Assembly (NCBI GenBank): GCA_963754875.1
Contig: CAVWHO010000014.1
Span: 32,001-96,000, forward strand
Direction of reading: 5' to 3'
From: Nitrospirota bacterium
Lineage (GTDB): Bacteria; Nitrospirota; UBA9217
Length of the DNA: 64,000 bases
This document shows positions 11,901 through 22,634 of this stretch, in pieces. Each line of letters starts with the position of its first letter. Position 1 is the stretch's first letter. Made by a program: the position numbers and the translations under genes. The notes under the pieces were generated by a model. That model saw only the letters and a list, made by a program, of their open reading frames with translations, was not told the DNA's origin and did no database searches.

Positions 11901-12159
11901 TGCCTGAGACGATGATGAACGGCAGGTCAAGTCCGCTGTTTTTAAGGAGCTCCAGGGCCGCAAAGCCGCTGAAATGCGGCATGAGATAGTCGGAAACAAC
12001 AATGTCCCACTGCTTTTGCGCCAGCGCGTCCTGCATGGTATCCGGCGTTTCGACGCGTTCGTACACAGGTTCGTAGCCGCCGCGTCGCAGCTCCCGGAGG
12101 AGCAGGAGGGAGTCGTCCTCTGAATCCTCGACGATCAATATGTGGAGAGGTTTGGACAT
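8930..12159 (-). CDS. REC-PAS-GAF-GAF-PAS-PAS-GAF-(PAS) signalling protein; frameshifts ~9780 and ~9180; truncated at ~8930
   Basis: ILIVEDSEDD receiver, PAS and GAF motifs across ORFs 9469-12180, 8949-9707 and 8753-9202; homology stops after ASAVESTAEAVVIT, so no output domain is present. Confidence 0.85.
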
Positions 12160-12258
12160 GACAAAGCTCGATAAGTTCAACGTTCAGAGCAGAATGGGTT
12201 GAATGAGTTCCCGGTTTTATCGCGAACTAAGAACTGTGAACCTTGAACTATTTTCAGA

Positions 12259-12690
12259 TCACGGCGTTTCGTTCAATACCAGCCAGTACAGCCCCAGCTG
12301 GTTCACTGCTTCCGCGAACTGGTTGAAGTCCACCGGCTTTCTGACGTAGCTGTTCGCGCCCAGCTTGTAGCTTTCGACGCGGTCCTTGTCCTCGCTCGAC
12401 GTCGTAAGAACCACGACCGGGAGCAATTTAGTCCTCGCATCGCTTCGGATGCGCTGAAGCGCCTCCAGCCCGTCCATCCTGGGCATCTTGAGGTCCAGCA
12501 GGACCACCTGGGGCAGGATTTTTGTGTCCCGTCCTTCGTACTTACCGGTGCCGAAGAGGTAGTCCAGGGCCTCGACACCATCCTGGGCCACGACTACTTC
12601 GTTCATGATCTTGCTTTTTTTAAGCGCCCGCAGCGTAAGTTGCACGTCATCGGGATTGTCTTCGGCTAAAAGTATGACTTTGTTTTTCAT
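12259..12690 (-). CDS. single-domain response regulator (Rcp1/CheY-like)
   Basis: ILLAEDNPDD, LLDLKMPRMDG, LTTS, GANSYVRKPVDF. Confidence 0.95.
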   Translation of the reverse strand: MKNKVILLAEDNPDDVQLTLRALKKSKIMNEVVVAQDGVEALDYLFGTGKYEGRDTKILPQVVLLDLKMPRMDGLEALQRIRSDARTKLLPVVVLTTSSEDKDRVESYKLGANSYVRKPVDFNQFAEAVNQLGLYWLVLNETP

Positions 12691-12819
12691 TATATATTTT
12701 CCTCCCTGGAGTAACAGTTCCGAGTTGCGAATCCCAGTCTCTGGCTTTTCCCCTCAGATGTTATTCCGCACAAGCCGGAGTAACGAAAAAAAGGATATTA
12801 AGGGTTACACGAAGCCGTT

Positions 12820-15120
12820 TTATAACGTGAAATACACCGTCGTCCCTTTGTTCACTTCGCTTTCGATCCACACCTTTCCACCGTGGCGGCTGATAATGCG
12901 CCTGACCGTGGCCAGGCCGATCCCGGTGCCGGGAAATTCCTCAACCCTGTGCAGCCGCTGGAAGGGGCTGAACAGCTTGCCCGCATAGGCCATGTCGAAT
13001 CCGGCCCCGTTGTCCCGTACGAAGTACGTGCGGTTGCCGTCCTTCCGGGTAACGCCGAATTCTATCACACTCGGGGAGGCTTTTTCACTAAATTTCCACG
13101 CGTTCGATAGCAAGTTATCGAGGGCCACGATGAGGAGACGCTCATCGCCGTATACCGTGAGACTGTCTGCTATGATGAATTGCGCGTTCCGATCCGGATG
13201 GTTGTGGGTCAATCTTTCCGCAATGCTCTTCACAATGGCGCTCAGTTCGACACGTTCGCGGTTCATTTCGCTGCGAGTGACGCGGGACAACTTCAGAAGG
13301 TCGTCGATGAGTTGCCCCATCCGCACGGTTGCGTTCCGGACGCGGCCAAGGTAGCTCTTGCCCGTGTCGTCCAGCTTGTCGGCGTAATCTTCGAGAAGCG
13401 CAAGGCTGAAACCTTCGATGCTCCGGAGTGGCGTTCGCAGATCGTGCGACACGGAATAGGCGAAGGCCTCCAGCTCCTTGTTGGAATTCTCGAGTTCGGC
13501 TGTGCGTTCGACAACGCGCGCCTCCAGCTCCCTGTTCAGCTTCCTGATCTCTTCTTCCGCCTTCTTGCGCTCGGTGATGTCGCGCGTGACCTTCGAGAAA
13601 CCCTTCAGATTCCCGGCGTCGTCCTTTAATGCCGTAATTACCACATTGGCAAAAAATCGTGATCCGTCCTTTCGGACCCTGACACCCTCATCTTCAAAGC
13701 TCCCCTTGGCGGCTGCCTCGTTAAGTTCGCGGGCGGGTTTTCCGCTGAGGTTATCTTCCTCGGTGTAGAAGCACGAAAAATGCTTACCGATTATTTCTTC
13801 CGGTGCATAGCCCTTTATTCGTACCGCTCCCTCGTTCCAGTTGACTACATTCCCTTCTGCGTCGAGCATGACAATCGCGTAGTCTTGCACGCTCTTTACC
13901 ATGAGGCGGAACCGCGCCTCGCTTTCCCGCAGGCCTTCCTCCGCCTCTTTTCGCTCGGCAATCTCTTCGTTCAGCTCATCCCGTGACGCCGTCACCTTTT
14001 TTAAATTTTCCGTCATGGAATCGATGAGTCTCGAGAGTTGTCCCACTTCATCCTTTGCGACTGTCCCCACTTTGTAATCAAAATTGCCGCTGCCGATTAT
14101 TTCCGTTCCCCGCTGCAAGGATTGGATCGGTTTCGTGAGACTTCTGGCAATGGCCGCTGCCGCCAAAACGCCGGCAAGTATCATGAAGGCCCCTACAGCG
14201 ATGACGATCACTTTTAATCTCCGGACCGGCGCAAAGGCCTCCACGGCGTCGATCTTTGTCACCAGCCCCCACCGCAGGGACGGGATATATCGCCAGGCGG
14301 CCAGCACTTCCGTCTCCCCGTAATCAGAGGTAATGCCCGATCCAGTCTCTCCCAGGGCGGCCTTTTGCGCGGCCAGTGCAATCTTTGCGTTGAAGGACAC
14401 TGTCTTTTTTAATGCGGCCTCCGGATCATGGCGAAGGGGGCTTAAGAATAATACCTCGTTTCCTTCCTTCCGATCGATCAATGCCTCTCCGGTTTCGCCG
14501 AGACCGGTGCTGTCCTGGATGAACTTGTAGATGGGATCCATATCGATCTCGATCGCGACCTCTCCGATGAAATTACCGTTTAAATCTTTGATCGGGGCTA
14601 TGCCGAACATTTCGAAGGCGTTCCCCATCCCCTTGTTGAGAAAAACATCGGAAAAATAAATGTCCTTCTTGCCTTCTTCTACGACGTGCCTGTCCGGGAG
14701 CAGTTGGGTCATGTATTCCGCTCGATGCGCATCGTTACTGGCATAGACGATGCGGCCCTGTCGGTCTGTGAGCATGACGTCCAGGTACCCATGATCCGTC
14801 TGAAAAAATTTCAACTGGCCGTCCAATTCCTTCACAGCCTTAATATATTCCGAATCGTTGCCTTGCCGTAAATGGCTGATGAGTAGGGGGAGGTTGCGCT
14901 TGATGTTCAAAAAATATTGGGTTGCTTTAAGATCCCCGTTACGTTCATGGAAGAACGTCTCGATCTTGTCTTTCTTCAGGTCCGCGATATTGTTCAACTG
15001 GGAGAACCGGACGGCCTCTAACGTTTTGCCTGCCTGGGAAAAGACGATGGTGCCGAACAGCACGAGCGAGATGAGCGTGAATACGGCGAAGAGAATGGTC
15101 AGTTTTGTTTTAAGTGACAT
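12820..15120 (-). CDS. sensor histidine kinase (Cache-HAMP-PAS-HisKA-HATPase)
   Basis: Two TM helices, [18 protein letters not shown]-box, [22 protein letters not shown]. Confidence 0.95.
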   Translation of the reverse strand: MSLKTKLTILFAVFTLISLVLFGTIVFSQAGKTLEAVRFSQLNNIADLKKDKIETFFHERNGDLKATQYFLNIKRNLPLLISHLRQGNDSEYIKAVKELDGQLKFFQTDHGYLDVMLTDRQGRIVYASNDAHRAEYMTQLLPDRHVVEEGKKDIYFSDVFLNKGMGNAFEMFGIAPIKDLNGNFIGEVAIEIDMDPIYKFIQDSTGLGETGEALIDRKEGNEVLFLSPLRHDPEAALKKTVSFNAKIALAAQKAALGETGSGITSDYGETEVLAAWRYIPSLRWGLVTKIDAVEAFAPVRRLKVIVIAVGAFMILAGVLAAAAIARSLTKPIQSLQRGTEIIGSGNFDYKVGTVAKDEVGQLSRLIDSMTENLKKVTASRDELNEEIAERKEAEEGLRESEARFRLMVKSVQDYAIVMLDAEGNVVNWNEGAVRIKGYAPEEIIGKHFSCFYTEEDNLSGKPARELNEAAAKGSFEDEGVRVRKDGSRFFANVVITALKDDAGNLKGFSKVTRDITERKKAEEEIRKLNRELEARVVERTAELENSNKELEAFAYSVSHDLRTPLRSIEGFSLALLEDYADKLDDTGKSYLGRVRNATVRMGQLIDDLLKLSRVTRSEMNRERVELSAIVKSIAERLTHNHPDRNAQFIIADSLTVYGDERLLIVALDNLLSNAWKFSEKASPSVIEFGVTRKDGNRTYFVRDNGAGFDMAYAGKLFSPFQRLHRVEEFPGTGIGLATVRRIISRHGGKVWIESEVNKGTTVYFTL

Positions 15121-15380
15121 AGTTCAGGAAATTTCCTATTACCCCTTGGTAATTGCCGTCTCGGCGTGGTCAGTGACCATGAGACTGCGCCATCCGTTGA
15201 CCTGTTCTCAAATAATTTTTGTCCCTGCAGACCGGTTGAGAAGAATGTGACCTTGAATCAAAAGGCATGTAACCATTTTACCCTCATGGCAACATCGGGT
15301 CAAGGCTCATGCCTGGGTAGTTGGAAAGGAGGAACAGAATGCTGATGAAGGGGTAACGCCTAAGTCGGGGCGATGGACCA

Positions 15381-16103
15381 TCAGGAAGGCTGGAACACAA
15401 GATCGAGCCTTAATTGAAATCCTAGCCGAAAAGCCTGCTTGATCTCTTCAAGCGGGATATTGCTGTTGAGTTCCTGTTGAATGCAGGTGATGCCGCACGA
15501 GGTTCCCCCTCCGGGAATGACCGCTGCTTCAAGAAGGGGATCGTAATCGATCAGGATCGATCCGTGTTGCAAAAAAGCGTGAGATAACCTGCGCTGGGCG
15601 CTGCCGACGATCTTTTTCCCGTTCACCACAATCTCGTACCATGAGGGAGAGGAAAAACAGGCGGGATCTTTTGCGTGTGTTTCCACGAGATGAGCGTGGC
15701 GGCTCGCCCGGGAAACGATTTCCGCGGAAATATCGAGGTTCCTGAGGCCCGCCAGGAGCCCTTCCGCGATGACTTTATACGTGCCGTGGATATTCGGCGG
15801 GAAAAGGGGATTGTCAATCCTGCTGATAACGCTGTAGGTGAGCTCATGGCGATGGAGTACGGCCCTGCCGCCCGTGATGCGCCTTACGATGTCGAAGCCG
15901 CGTTGCCCGCAGGCCTCGATGTTGACCGCCTCCCTGACCTTCTGAAACCTGCCGAGGGAAACGGCGGGAGGGTCCCAGCCGTAGAAACGGAGTACAGGGA
16001 TCTTTTCGCCCGCCTGCGCCTTCGCAAGGAGTTCTTCGTCAACTGCCATATTATATGCGCCGAGATGGGGTCCGGTGTCGAGAAAAGACCAGAGTTGGTT
16101 CAT
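15381..16103 (-). CDS. lipoate-protein ligase/octanoyltransferase (LplA/LipM family)
   Basis: NMAVDEELL, RRITGGRAVLH, GKKIVGSAQRR, LQHGSI. Confidence 0.92.
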   Translation of the reverse strand: MNQLWSFLDTGPHLGAYNMAVDEELLAKAQAGEKIPVLRFYGWDPPAVSLGRFQKVREAVNIEACGQRGFDIVRRITGGRAVLHRHELTYSVISRIDNPLFPPNIHGTYKVIAEGLLAGLRNLDISAEIVSRASRHAHLVETHAKDPACFSSPSWYEIVVNGKKIVGSAQRRLSHAFLQHGSILIDYDPLLEAAVIPGGGTSCGITCIQQELNSNIPLEEIKQAFRLGFQLRLDLVFQPS

Positions 16104-16132
16104 AGTAAAAAGTCGGGGCCTACGCCTTTGAC

Positions 16133-16210
16133 GTCATTCCGGCTTGTCCGGAATCTTTCCTTAATTTAATGCGTTATGTAGCAATACCATTCCCGACAAG
16201 CGGGAATGAC
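16133..16210. repeat. REP-like palindromic element with 22-bp inverted arms
   Basis: GTCATTCCGGCTTGTCCGGAAT ... ATTCCCGACAAGCGGGAATGAC (20/22 complementary; each arm is itself a small hairpin). Confidence 0.7.
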
Positions 16211-16233
16211 GACTTTTTACGAATGCATTATGT

Positions 16234-17148
16234 TTATTCGTATAAGGAAGGTTCATTATTGGGCCGGGTCTTGAACCTCCGGCAGGACCACATGTACTGG
16301 GCGGGCATTTCGCGGACCCATTTTTCTATTTCTTCATTCATGCGGCGGGCGTCGGCAACGGGGTCTTGGGTGGGGAACGCATCGAGGGGGGGGTGCAGCC
16401 GCACTTCATACCCCTGTCCTCCGGGCAGGATGCGGGTGATGCAGGGGATGACGACCGCGTTCGTGGTCTCCGCGATGCGGCTCAAGGCGGTCACCGTTGC
16501 CGCAGGAATGCCGAAGAAGGGGATAAACACACTCGAGCGCTCGCCCATGTCCTGGTCCGGCAGATAATAGAAGGGCCGTCCTTCCCGGATATGGCGAATG
16601 AGTGATTTCAAGCTGGCCAGGCGGTCCACGAGAATGGCGCCGAACCGGGTCCGTCTTTGGAAACAATATTCAAGGAGAGGGTCGCGGGCTTTGCGGTACA
16701 TGCTGACATAGTTCTGTTCCGCGGACAAGCGCACGCCCCCCATGTCCAGGCCGATGAAGTGCGGGGCGAGGAGGATGACGTTCTTGCCGCTCCCGTAGGC
16801 ATTGTCGATATTGTGCCGGTCACGAATGGTTATGAACCGCTCGACCCGCCAGCGGGGCGCAAACCAGGTGACGCCGAGGCTCAGCATGGAATAGCCGCAC
16901 ATGCGGAAGTGTTTGCTGACCAGCTTGCGGCGTTGTGCAGCGGTCATGTCCGGAAAGCACAATTCGACGTTTCTCTCGGCAATACGCCGGGCGGGAGAGG
17001 GGAACCACGAGAAGAACGAGCCCAGGCCGCTGCCCAGGACCCAGAGTACGCGGCCCGGCAGGCAGCATGCGACAAGCATGAGCGAGAGGACCGGCCATGC
17101 ATACCAGTACCGGGGATGGAGGAATGTTTTGAGGGAGACGGAAGTCAT
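16234..17148 (-). CDS. lipid A late acyltransferase (LpxL/HtrB family)
   Basis: RRIAERNVELCFP, HFIGLD (Hx4D), YLPDQD, FIPFFG, MPAQYMW..RRFKTRP. Confidence 0.92.
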   Translation of the reverse strand: MTSVSLKTFLHPRYWYAWPVLSLMLVACCLPGRVLWVLGSGLGSFFSWFPSPARRIAERNVELCFPDMTAAQRRKLVSKHFRMCGYSMLSLGVTWFAPRWRVERFITIRDRHNIDNAYGSGKNVILLAPHFIGLDMGGVRLSAEQNYVSMYRKARDPLLEYCFQRRTRFGAILVDRLASLKSLIRHIREGRPFYYLPDQDMGERSSVFIPFFGIPAATVTALSRIAETTNAVVIPCITRILPGGQGYEVRLHPPLDAFPTQDPVADARRMNEEIEKWVREMPAQYMWSCRRFKTRPNNEPSLYE

Positions 17149-17274
17149 AATAAATTTTTTGCCTTCAAGGAACCGAGAGAGGGATCGAAACACAGGAGGC
17201 CATGCATAAATAGAGCCGAAGGTCTTTCCCCCGTTTCTCCGGCGCTCACCCGCGGGCCGCTTTTCATTTGAGAC

Positions 17275-17308
17275 AAAAAAGCCTGAGAATCAACTGATCC
17301 TCAGGCTC
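17275..17308 (-). terminator. rho-independent terminator of the rhodanese/RND operon
   Basis: Minus strand GAGCCTGAGGATC-AGTT-GATTCTCAGGC followed by TTTTTT. Confidence 0.85.
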
Positions 17309-17320
17309 TTCGCTGTTTTT

Positions 17321-17337
17321 GTCCGCTCACGGCGGAC
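17321..17337 (-). promoter_or_regulatory. candidate SECIS hairpin
   Basis: GUCCGC-CGUGA-GCGGAC; loop starts 18 nt after the UGA at 17352-17350; separate from the terminator. Confidence 0.55.
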
Positions 17338-17340
17338 CGT

Positions 17341-17544
17341 TTATGAGCCTCAACCGCCTCCCCAGGAATGGCCGCCGGTGCTGCAGACGGAGCCTTCACC
17401 GTACGACGAAAACTTGGACAGGAGTTTCTTGGCTTTTCTTTCGTTGCAGTAGGGACAGACTGTGTCTTCAGCCTTGGTGTTCATCGACTGCAGGAGCACG
17501 AAATCCTTCCCGCAGGCCTCACAGGTATATTCATAAAACGGCAT
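17341..17544 (-). CDS. FmdB-family zinc-ribbon protein, probably a selenoprotein (C-terminal GGG-U-GS)
   Basis: MPFYEYTCEACG...CPYC...; ORF track stops at TGA 17350, followed in frame by GGC TCA TAA and a SECIS-like hairpin. The family call is firm, the Sec call is inferred. Confidence 0.85.
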
Positions 17545-17577
17545 GCTTACAGTTCCTCCAAAATGATTGTGATGGGC

Positions 17578-17802
17578 CTAGCACTTACACCGCTCGCGGG
17601 CGCCTAACGTGTAAAGTATAATACTCATGGGGCAGAAACCTGTCAAGGCAAAAATCGTGAGCATGGCGCCCACGAAACCCGTGAAAAGGAACCAGTCCGG
17701 GTGAACGAAAAAACCCAGGAACGTGCTCCCCAGCACGAAGATGCCCGCGAAAAGTCTGATGAATCGTTCAAGATACCACGTTTTAGTGCTTGCAAGGTAC
17801 AT
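17578..17802 (-). CDS. DUF2892/YgaP-like membrane protein
   Basis: ERFIRLFAG, two TM helices, FVGA..ALTGFCPM; GGAGGGAG RBS. Confidence 0.88.
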   Translation of the reverse strand: MYLASTKTWYLERFIRLFAGIFVLGSTFLGFFVHPDWFLFTGFVGAMLTIFALTGFCPMSIILYTLGARERCKC

Positions 17803-17889
17803 ATACTCCCTCCGTTTAGAATTTAGGGTCAAGGGCCAAGTAGCAAGTAGTTCCATGACCCATGCCCCTTGGCTGCATGCACTGATGTG

Positions 17890-18318
17890 CTACTTGCAGG
17901 CAAACGGCGCCTTCCGGTCCTTTGCCGCGAATCGCGCATAGTGGGGGGACGTAAAGATGTCCATCAGCATGTGCCTGCTTATGACCCCCACGTATTTTTT
18001 GTCCTTCACGACCGTGACGACGGAGCAGCAGCTTTTCAGCAGCAGACTGATGAGTTCCTTCGGCGGCGTGTCGGCATCGGCGATGAGAGGAGCAGGCACC
18101 ATGATCGTCGACGCCGGGATGCGATCCAGGTCCTTTTCTTCCCGGATTGCGTCCAGGATAGTATTTTCTGAAACTACGCCCAGGAGTTCCCGGTCGTCAT
18201 TCACAACCGGCATTGCGGCAAGTCCCGATGAAATGATCTTCATCGCCACCTCCCGGGCCGTTGTGTCGGATCCGACACTGATTTTTTCCCGCATGATATG
18301 CCACGCACTGATCCCCAT
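17890..18318 (-). CDS. tandem CBS-domain protein
   Basis: AMPVVNDDRELLGVVSE and VVKDKKYVGVISR; AGAGG RBS. Confidence 0.85.
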   Translation of the reverse strand: MGISAWHIMREKISVGSDTTAREVAMKIISSGLAAMPVVNDDRELLGVVSENTILDAIREEKDLDRIPASTIMVPAPLIADADTPPKELISLLLKSCCSVVTVVKDKKYVGVISRHMLMDIFTSPHYARFAAKDRKAPFACK

Positions 18319-18435
18319 TTTTCCTCTCCTTTTTACGTGCGCCATGTTGATTTGAGAGTGCATAATCGTCTCTCTTCCAGCCGCACGACGAACGTGTTGT
18401 TCCGCAGTTCACACTCCGCAATCGCTATTGCATTT

Positions 18436-19176
18436 TTACCGTCTTTCCCACTGGTCCGTATCCGGATTGAATGCCTCGCTGAAGGCCGTGACTTCTTCCT
18501 TCAGCCCCGTTTCGTAGCCCTCGTTCAAACCGAAGTTCACGAGCATCTTGATCGAACGGAGCGAGCTCAAGCTGTTGCCGCCGATCTTGATAGCGAGGCG
18601 GTCCGCCTCTTCGTCGAGTTGGTCAATCGGGACAATTTTGTTTACCAGCCCTATCCTCAGCGCCTCTTCCGCATATACGGTCCGTCCGGTAAAGAGAAGC
18701 TCTTTTGCCCTGCCAATGCCCACGGTCTTATACAACCTTTGCGATGATCCAAAGATTGGAGGCACGCCGAACTGAGCTTCCGGGAACGAAAAAGCCGTAT
18801 CTGCCCCGGCGATCCTGATGTCCGCGGCGAGCGCCAAGCCCAGACCAGCGCCCGTTGTCTCGCCCTTGACCGCCGCGATCACGGGAACCGGGAGGCTCTC
18901 GATGTTTCTTAGAAGATGATAGCCGACGTCTGCAAAGTGACCGGCCTCGTCTTTCGACATTTTCCTGAATCCGGCGTAATCGATACCGGCCGAAAAGTTT
19001 TTTCCCTTCGCCGTTAGCAGGACCACCCGGAGCTCTACTTTAGATGATATCACATCGCTCACGGTTTTGTTCAACTGCGACAGCACGTCCTTGCTCAGAT
19101 AATTATCGGGCGGATTATCGATCGTTACCGTGCTGATCCAGTCCTTGCAATCGATGCTGATGCTTGAGTTTGACAT
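18436..19176 (-). CDS. enoyl-CoA hydratase/isomerase (crotonase) family protein
   Basis: FSAGID, PVPVIAAVKG, ALAADIRIA, FPEAQFG, AEEALRIGLVN. Confidence 0.92.
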   Translation of the reverse strand: MSNSSISIDCKDWISTVTIDNPPDNYLSKDVLSQLNKTVSDVISSKVELRVVLLTAKGKNFSAGIDYAGFRKMSKDEAGHFADVGYHLLRNIESLPVPVIAAVKGETTGAGLGLALAADIRIAGADTAFSFPEAQFGVPPIFGSSQRLYKTVGIGRAKELLFTGRTVYAEEALRIGLVNKIVPIDQLDEEADRLAIKIGGNSLSSLRSIKMLVNFGLNEGYETGLKEEVTAFSEAFNPDTDQWERR

Positions 19177-19201
19177 GATTGGCTCCTTGACTTTAAATCA
19201 T

Positions 19202-19268
19202 CGCCACGAAGACACGAAGGCTCGAAGAAATTCAAATCATCTTCTGAGTGTCTTTGTGCCTTTATGGC
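19202..19268. repeat. 9-mer-periodic inverted repeat (CACGAAGAC-type)
   Basis: CCACGAAGACACGAAGGCTCGAAG ... CTGAGTGTCTTTGTGCCTTTATGG; a related element lies at 51844-51984. Confidence 0.55.
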
Positions 19269-19274
19269 AATGGC

Positions 19275-22200
19275 TTACGCTGTCTCCCAGTTCTTCTTTT
19301 CTACTATATAATAGAAGACCGGGATGACCACCAGGGTGAGTGCCGTGGACGCCAGCATCCCGAAGATGAGCGCCAGGGCCAGACCTGACCAGACCGGGTC
19401 AGTCACAATCACGGCTGAGCCGAGGATGGCGGCCGCGGCCGTGAGCACGATCGGACGGGTCCGGATGGCTCCGGCCTCGATGAGCGCCTGTTCGAGCGGC
19501 AAGCCTTCCTGTTTCTTGTCCAGGATGAATTCGAGCAGGACGATCGAGTTCCTTACCACGATGCCGGCCAATGCGATCACGCCGATCATCGACGTTGCGC
19601 TGAAATACACGTTGGTCATGGCAAAGCCGGGCATGATGCCGATCATCGAGAGCGGGATCGACGCCATGATGACGAGCGGGATCGTAAAGGACCGGAAACG
19701 GCCGACCAGCAGAAGGTAGATCGCGATCAGGGCCACGCCCATGGCCGCACCGAGGTCTCGGAACACATCAAGCGTCAGCTTCATCTCTCCGTCCCATTTG
19801 ATCCTGTACCCCCCGGGCAGCGGATGCTTCCAGAGATACTGCATCATATCGATGACGGCATAGACCTGGCTCCTGTTGCCCATTTCGCCGTACACATAGG
19901 TCACGGGCTGCAGGTCTTTGTGATAGATCGCCTTGTCCATTTCCGACGGCACGATCTTCACGAGCGACGAGAGCGGGACCTGGTTTCCCTGCTGCCCGGT
20001 GAGATAGACCTTGTCCATGTCCGAGAGGCCGCTGCGGTCGCCCTTGGGCAGGCGCAGCATGATCGCGACGGGGGTCTTTGCCGAAGGAACATGCAGGGTC
20101 GAGATTGCCATGCCGGCCACGGACAGTTGCAGGGTCTTGGTGATCAGCTCCGTCGATACGCCGGCAAGGGCGGCCTTTTCCTTGTCCACGAGCAGCTGGT
20201 ATTTGTCCTGCTTTTCCTTGACGCTGTCGTCGATGTCCACGACCTGGTCTGTCTTCGCAAAGAGCGTTTTGACGTCCTGAGCTATCTCGCGCTGCTTGTT
20301 GTAGTCCGGTCCGTAGATCTCGGCCACGACCGTGGCGCGGACCGGCGGCCCGGGCGGATCCTCCACGAGCTTGATGTTCGCGCCGTACTCCTCTGCGAGC
20401 CTGACGATGCCGGGCCTGATGTTAAGCACGAGCTTCTCGCTCGACAGTTTCCGGTCTTCCTTGTCGACCAGGTTCACGCGGATGTCGGCGAAATGGCTCG
20501 CTTCGCGGAACGCGCCGCCGCGCAAAAGGCCGTTGAAGTCCATGACCGAGCCCGTTCCCACGAAGGTCTCGTAATCTTTCACCTCGGGGATACGGCGGAT
20601 ATAATCGCCTACGGCCCGTGCAACGCGGTCGGTGTTCTCGATCACCGTGCCCGGCGGCATATCGATGGACACGAGGAAGGTGTTCTTGTTCGCTTTCGGC
20701 AGCATGCGGAATTTCACCCACTGGAACAGGGGAAAACTCATGGTGATCACGAAGACGGTCAGGATGACGGCAAGAAAGATCCTGCGCTTGGCCGGATTTT
20801 GCAAGAGCGGCGCGAGGACCTTTCTGTACATCCGGTAAATTTTAGTTTCCTCGAGAGAGGGCGGGTTCCCGTGATGGTCCGCCTTCATCAACCGGTAGCT
20901 CGCCCAGGGAGTCACGACGAAGGCGACAAAGAGCGAGGTGATCATGGCCACCGGCACATTGAAGGGGATCGGCATCATGTAGGGACCCATCATGCCCGTG
21001 ACGAAGGCCATGGGAATGAAAGCGAGCACGACGGTCAGGGTCGCCAGGATCGTGGGCATGCCGATTTCGTTCACCGCGAGGATTGCGCCCTGGAGCCTGG
21101 AATGCTGCTGCAACTTGTAATGCCGGTGAATGTTCTCGACTACAACGATCGCATCATCCACGAGCAGACCCAACGAAAGAATCAAGGCAAACAGCGTGAT
21201 CCGGTTGATGGTCTGGCCCGCCACCATGCCCACAGCGAGCGTAATAAAGAGGGTGAGCGGTATGGCCAGCGCAACGATGGCAGCCTCGCGCCACCCGAGG
21301 GTAAAGAACAGCAGGATGATGACGACGATGATCGATACCACGAGGTGGAACACGAGCTCATTCACCGCGTCGTTCGCGGTCTTGCCGTCGTTCCGGGTGA
21401 CCGTAACGGTGATTCCTGAAGGAATCTGGGTCTTTTTCAATTCGTCGAGTTTCGCAAGGATCTCGTTCGATATCTTGACTGCGTTCAGTTTTTGGCGCTT
21501 GGCCAGGGCCACGGTCACGGCAGGGAGCTCGCCGGCAGCGGACCCGTTCAATTTGACATCAGCGTGTTCGCCGTGGTTGCCGGTGAAGGCGATGCGCGTG
21601 AGCTTCACTGTTTCTTCGAAACCGTCCGTCACGTCGGCCACGTCGCCGAGATACACGGGCTTGTTGTTCGCTATGCCCACGACGGCGTTTTTTACGTCAT
21701 TTGATTTTTCAAAGAACCCCCCGGTTTCGAGAACGAGTTTCTTGCTGCCTTGTTCGAGATCGCCGGACAGGAGGTTGGCGTTCGACATGCTGATGGCCCC
21801 CGCAATCTGGAGCGGTGAGAGGCCGTAGCCTGCGATGCGGAGCGGGTCGAGGGTCACGCGCACCTGCCGGCTTCTGCCGCCGATGATCGCCGTGTTGCCC
21901 ACACCGGGCACTTTCCGCAGTTCGTCGAGCACGTGGTCGGCGACAAGCCTGAGCTGAGCGTCATCGTAGTTCGTGCCCAGCTGCCCCCGAGAGCGTGATC
22001 GCCACGATGGGCACGTCGTCCACGTCGATGGGTTTCACCAGCGGCTGGGACGCTCCGGGAGGCGACACGTCCATGTTGGACATGAGCTTGTCGTAGAGCT
22101 TGACGAGCGAGCGCTCCTTGTCCTGGCCCACGTAGAACTTTATTGTCACGACGGACATCGAGTTCATGGAGACCGAGTACACGTCCTCCACGCCCGGGAT

Positions 22201-22434
22201 CTCCCAGAGCTTGGCCTCGAGCGGCTTGGAGACGAGTTCCTCGACTTCCTTTGCCGAAGCGCCGGGCATCATGACCATGACGTTCGCTGCGGGCACGGTG
22301 ATCTGCGGGTTTTCTTCCCTCGGCGTGAACCAGAGGGCAAAGAGCCCCAGGATCGCCGTGGCAGCCATGAGCAGCACGGTGAGCTGGGAGTTGATGAAGT
22401 ATTGCGTTATCTTGCCGCTGATGTTGAGTTTCAT
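19275..22434 (-). CDS. RND efflux transporter permease (AcrB/CusA family); frameshift ~21970
   Basis: TPREENPQI, PIDVDDVPI, LGLLVDDAIVVVENI, IALAGIVVRNSI, RTRPIVLT. Confidence 0.95.
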
Positions 22435-22511
22435 GAATTATCCTAAAATAATGATGCAAGATCCACGATTCTGGATTCGTGCAGTAGATTTTATTTTTGC
22501 ATCCTTCGCGC

Positions 22512-22536
22512 TGGTTCAGGCTTGCAGCCTGAACCA
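22512..22536. repeat. REP-like palindrome
   Basis: TGGTTCAGGC-TTGCA-GCCTGAACCA in the MFP-RND spacer. Confidence 0.6.
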
Positions 22537-22634
22537 TTCGTTAAGGTTTTGGTTCAATCTGAAAGATTGAACTAGCTTCAGGCGGTCAAAACCCTGCTGC
22601 ATGTTACTTGACCTTGTCTTCGAAATTCCGTGTT

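Noticed and set aside
4116..16103. Functional clustering of the gcv operon with the lipoate ligase
   Set aside because: They lie on opposite sides of the probable chimeric junction.
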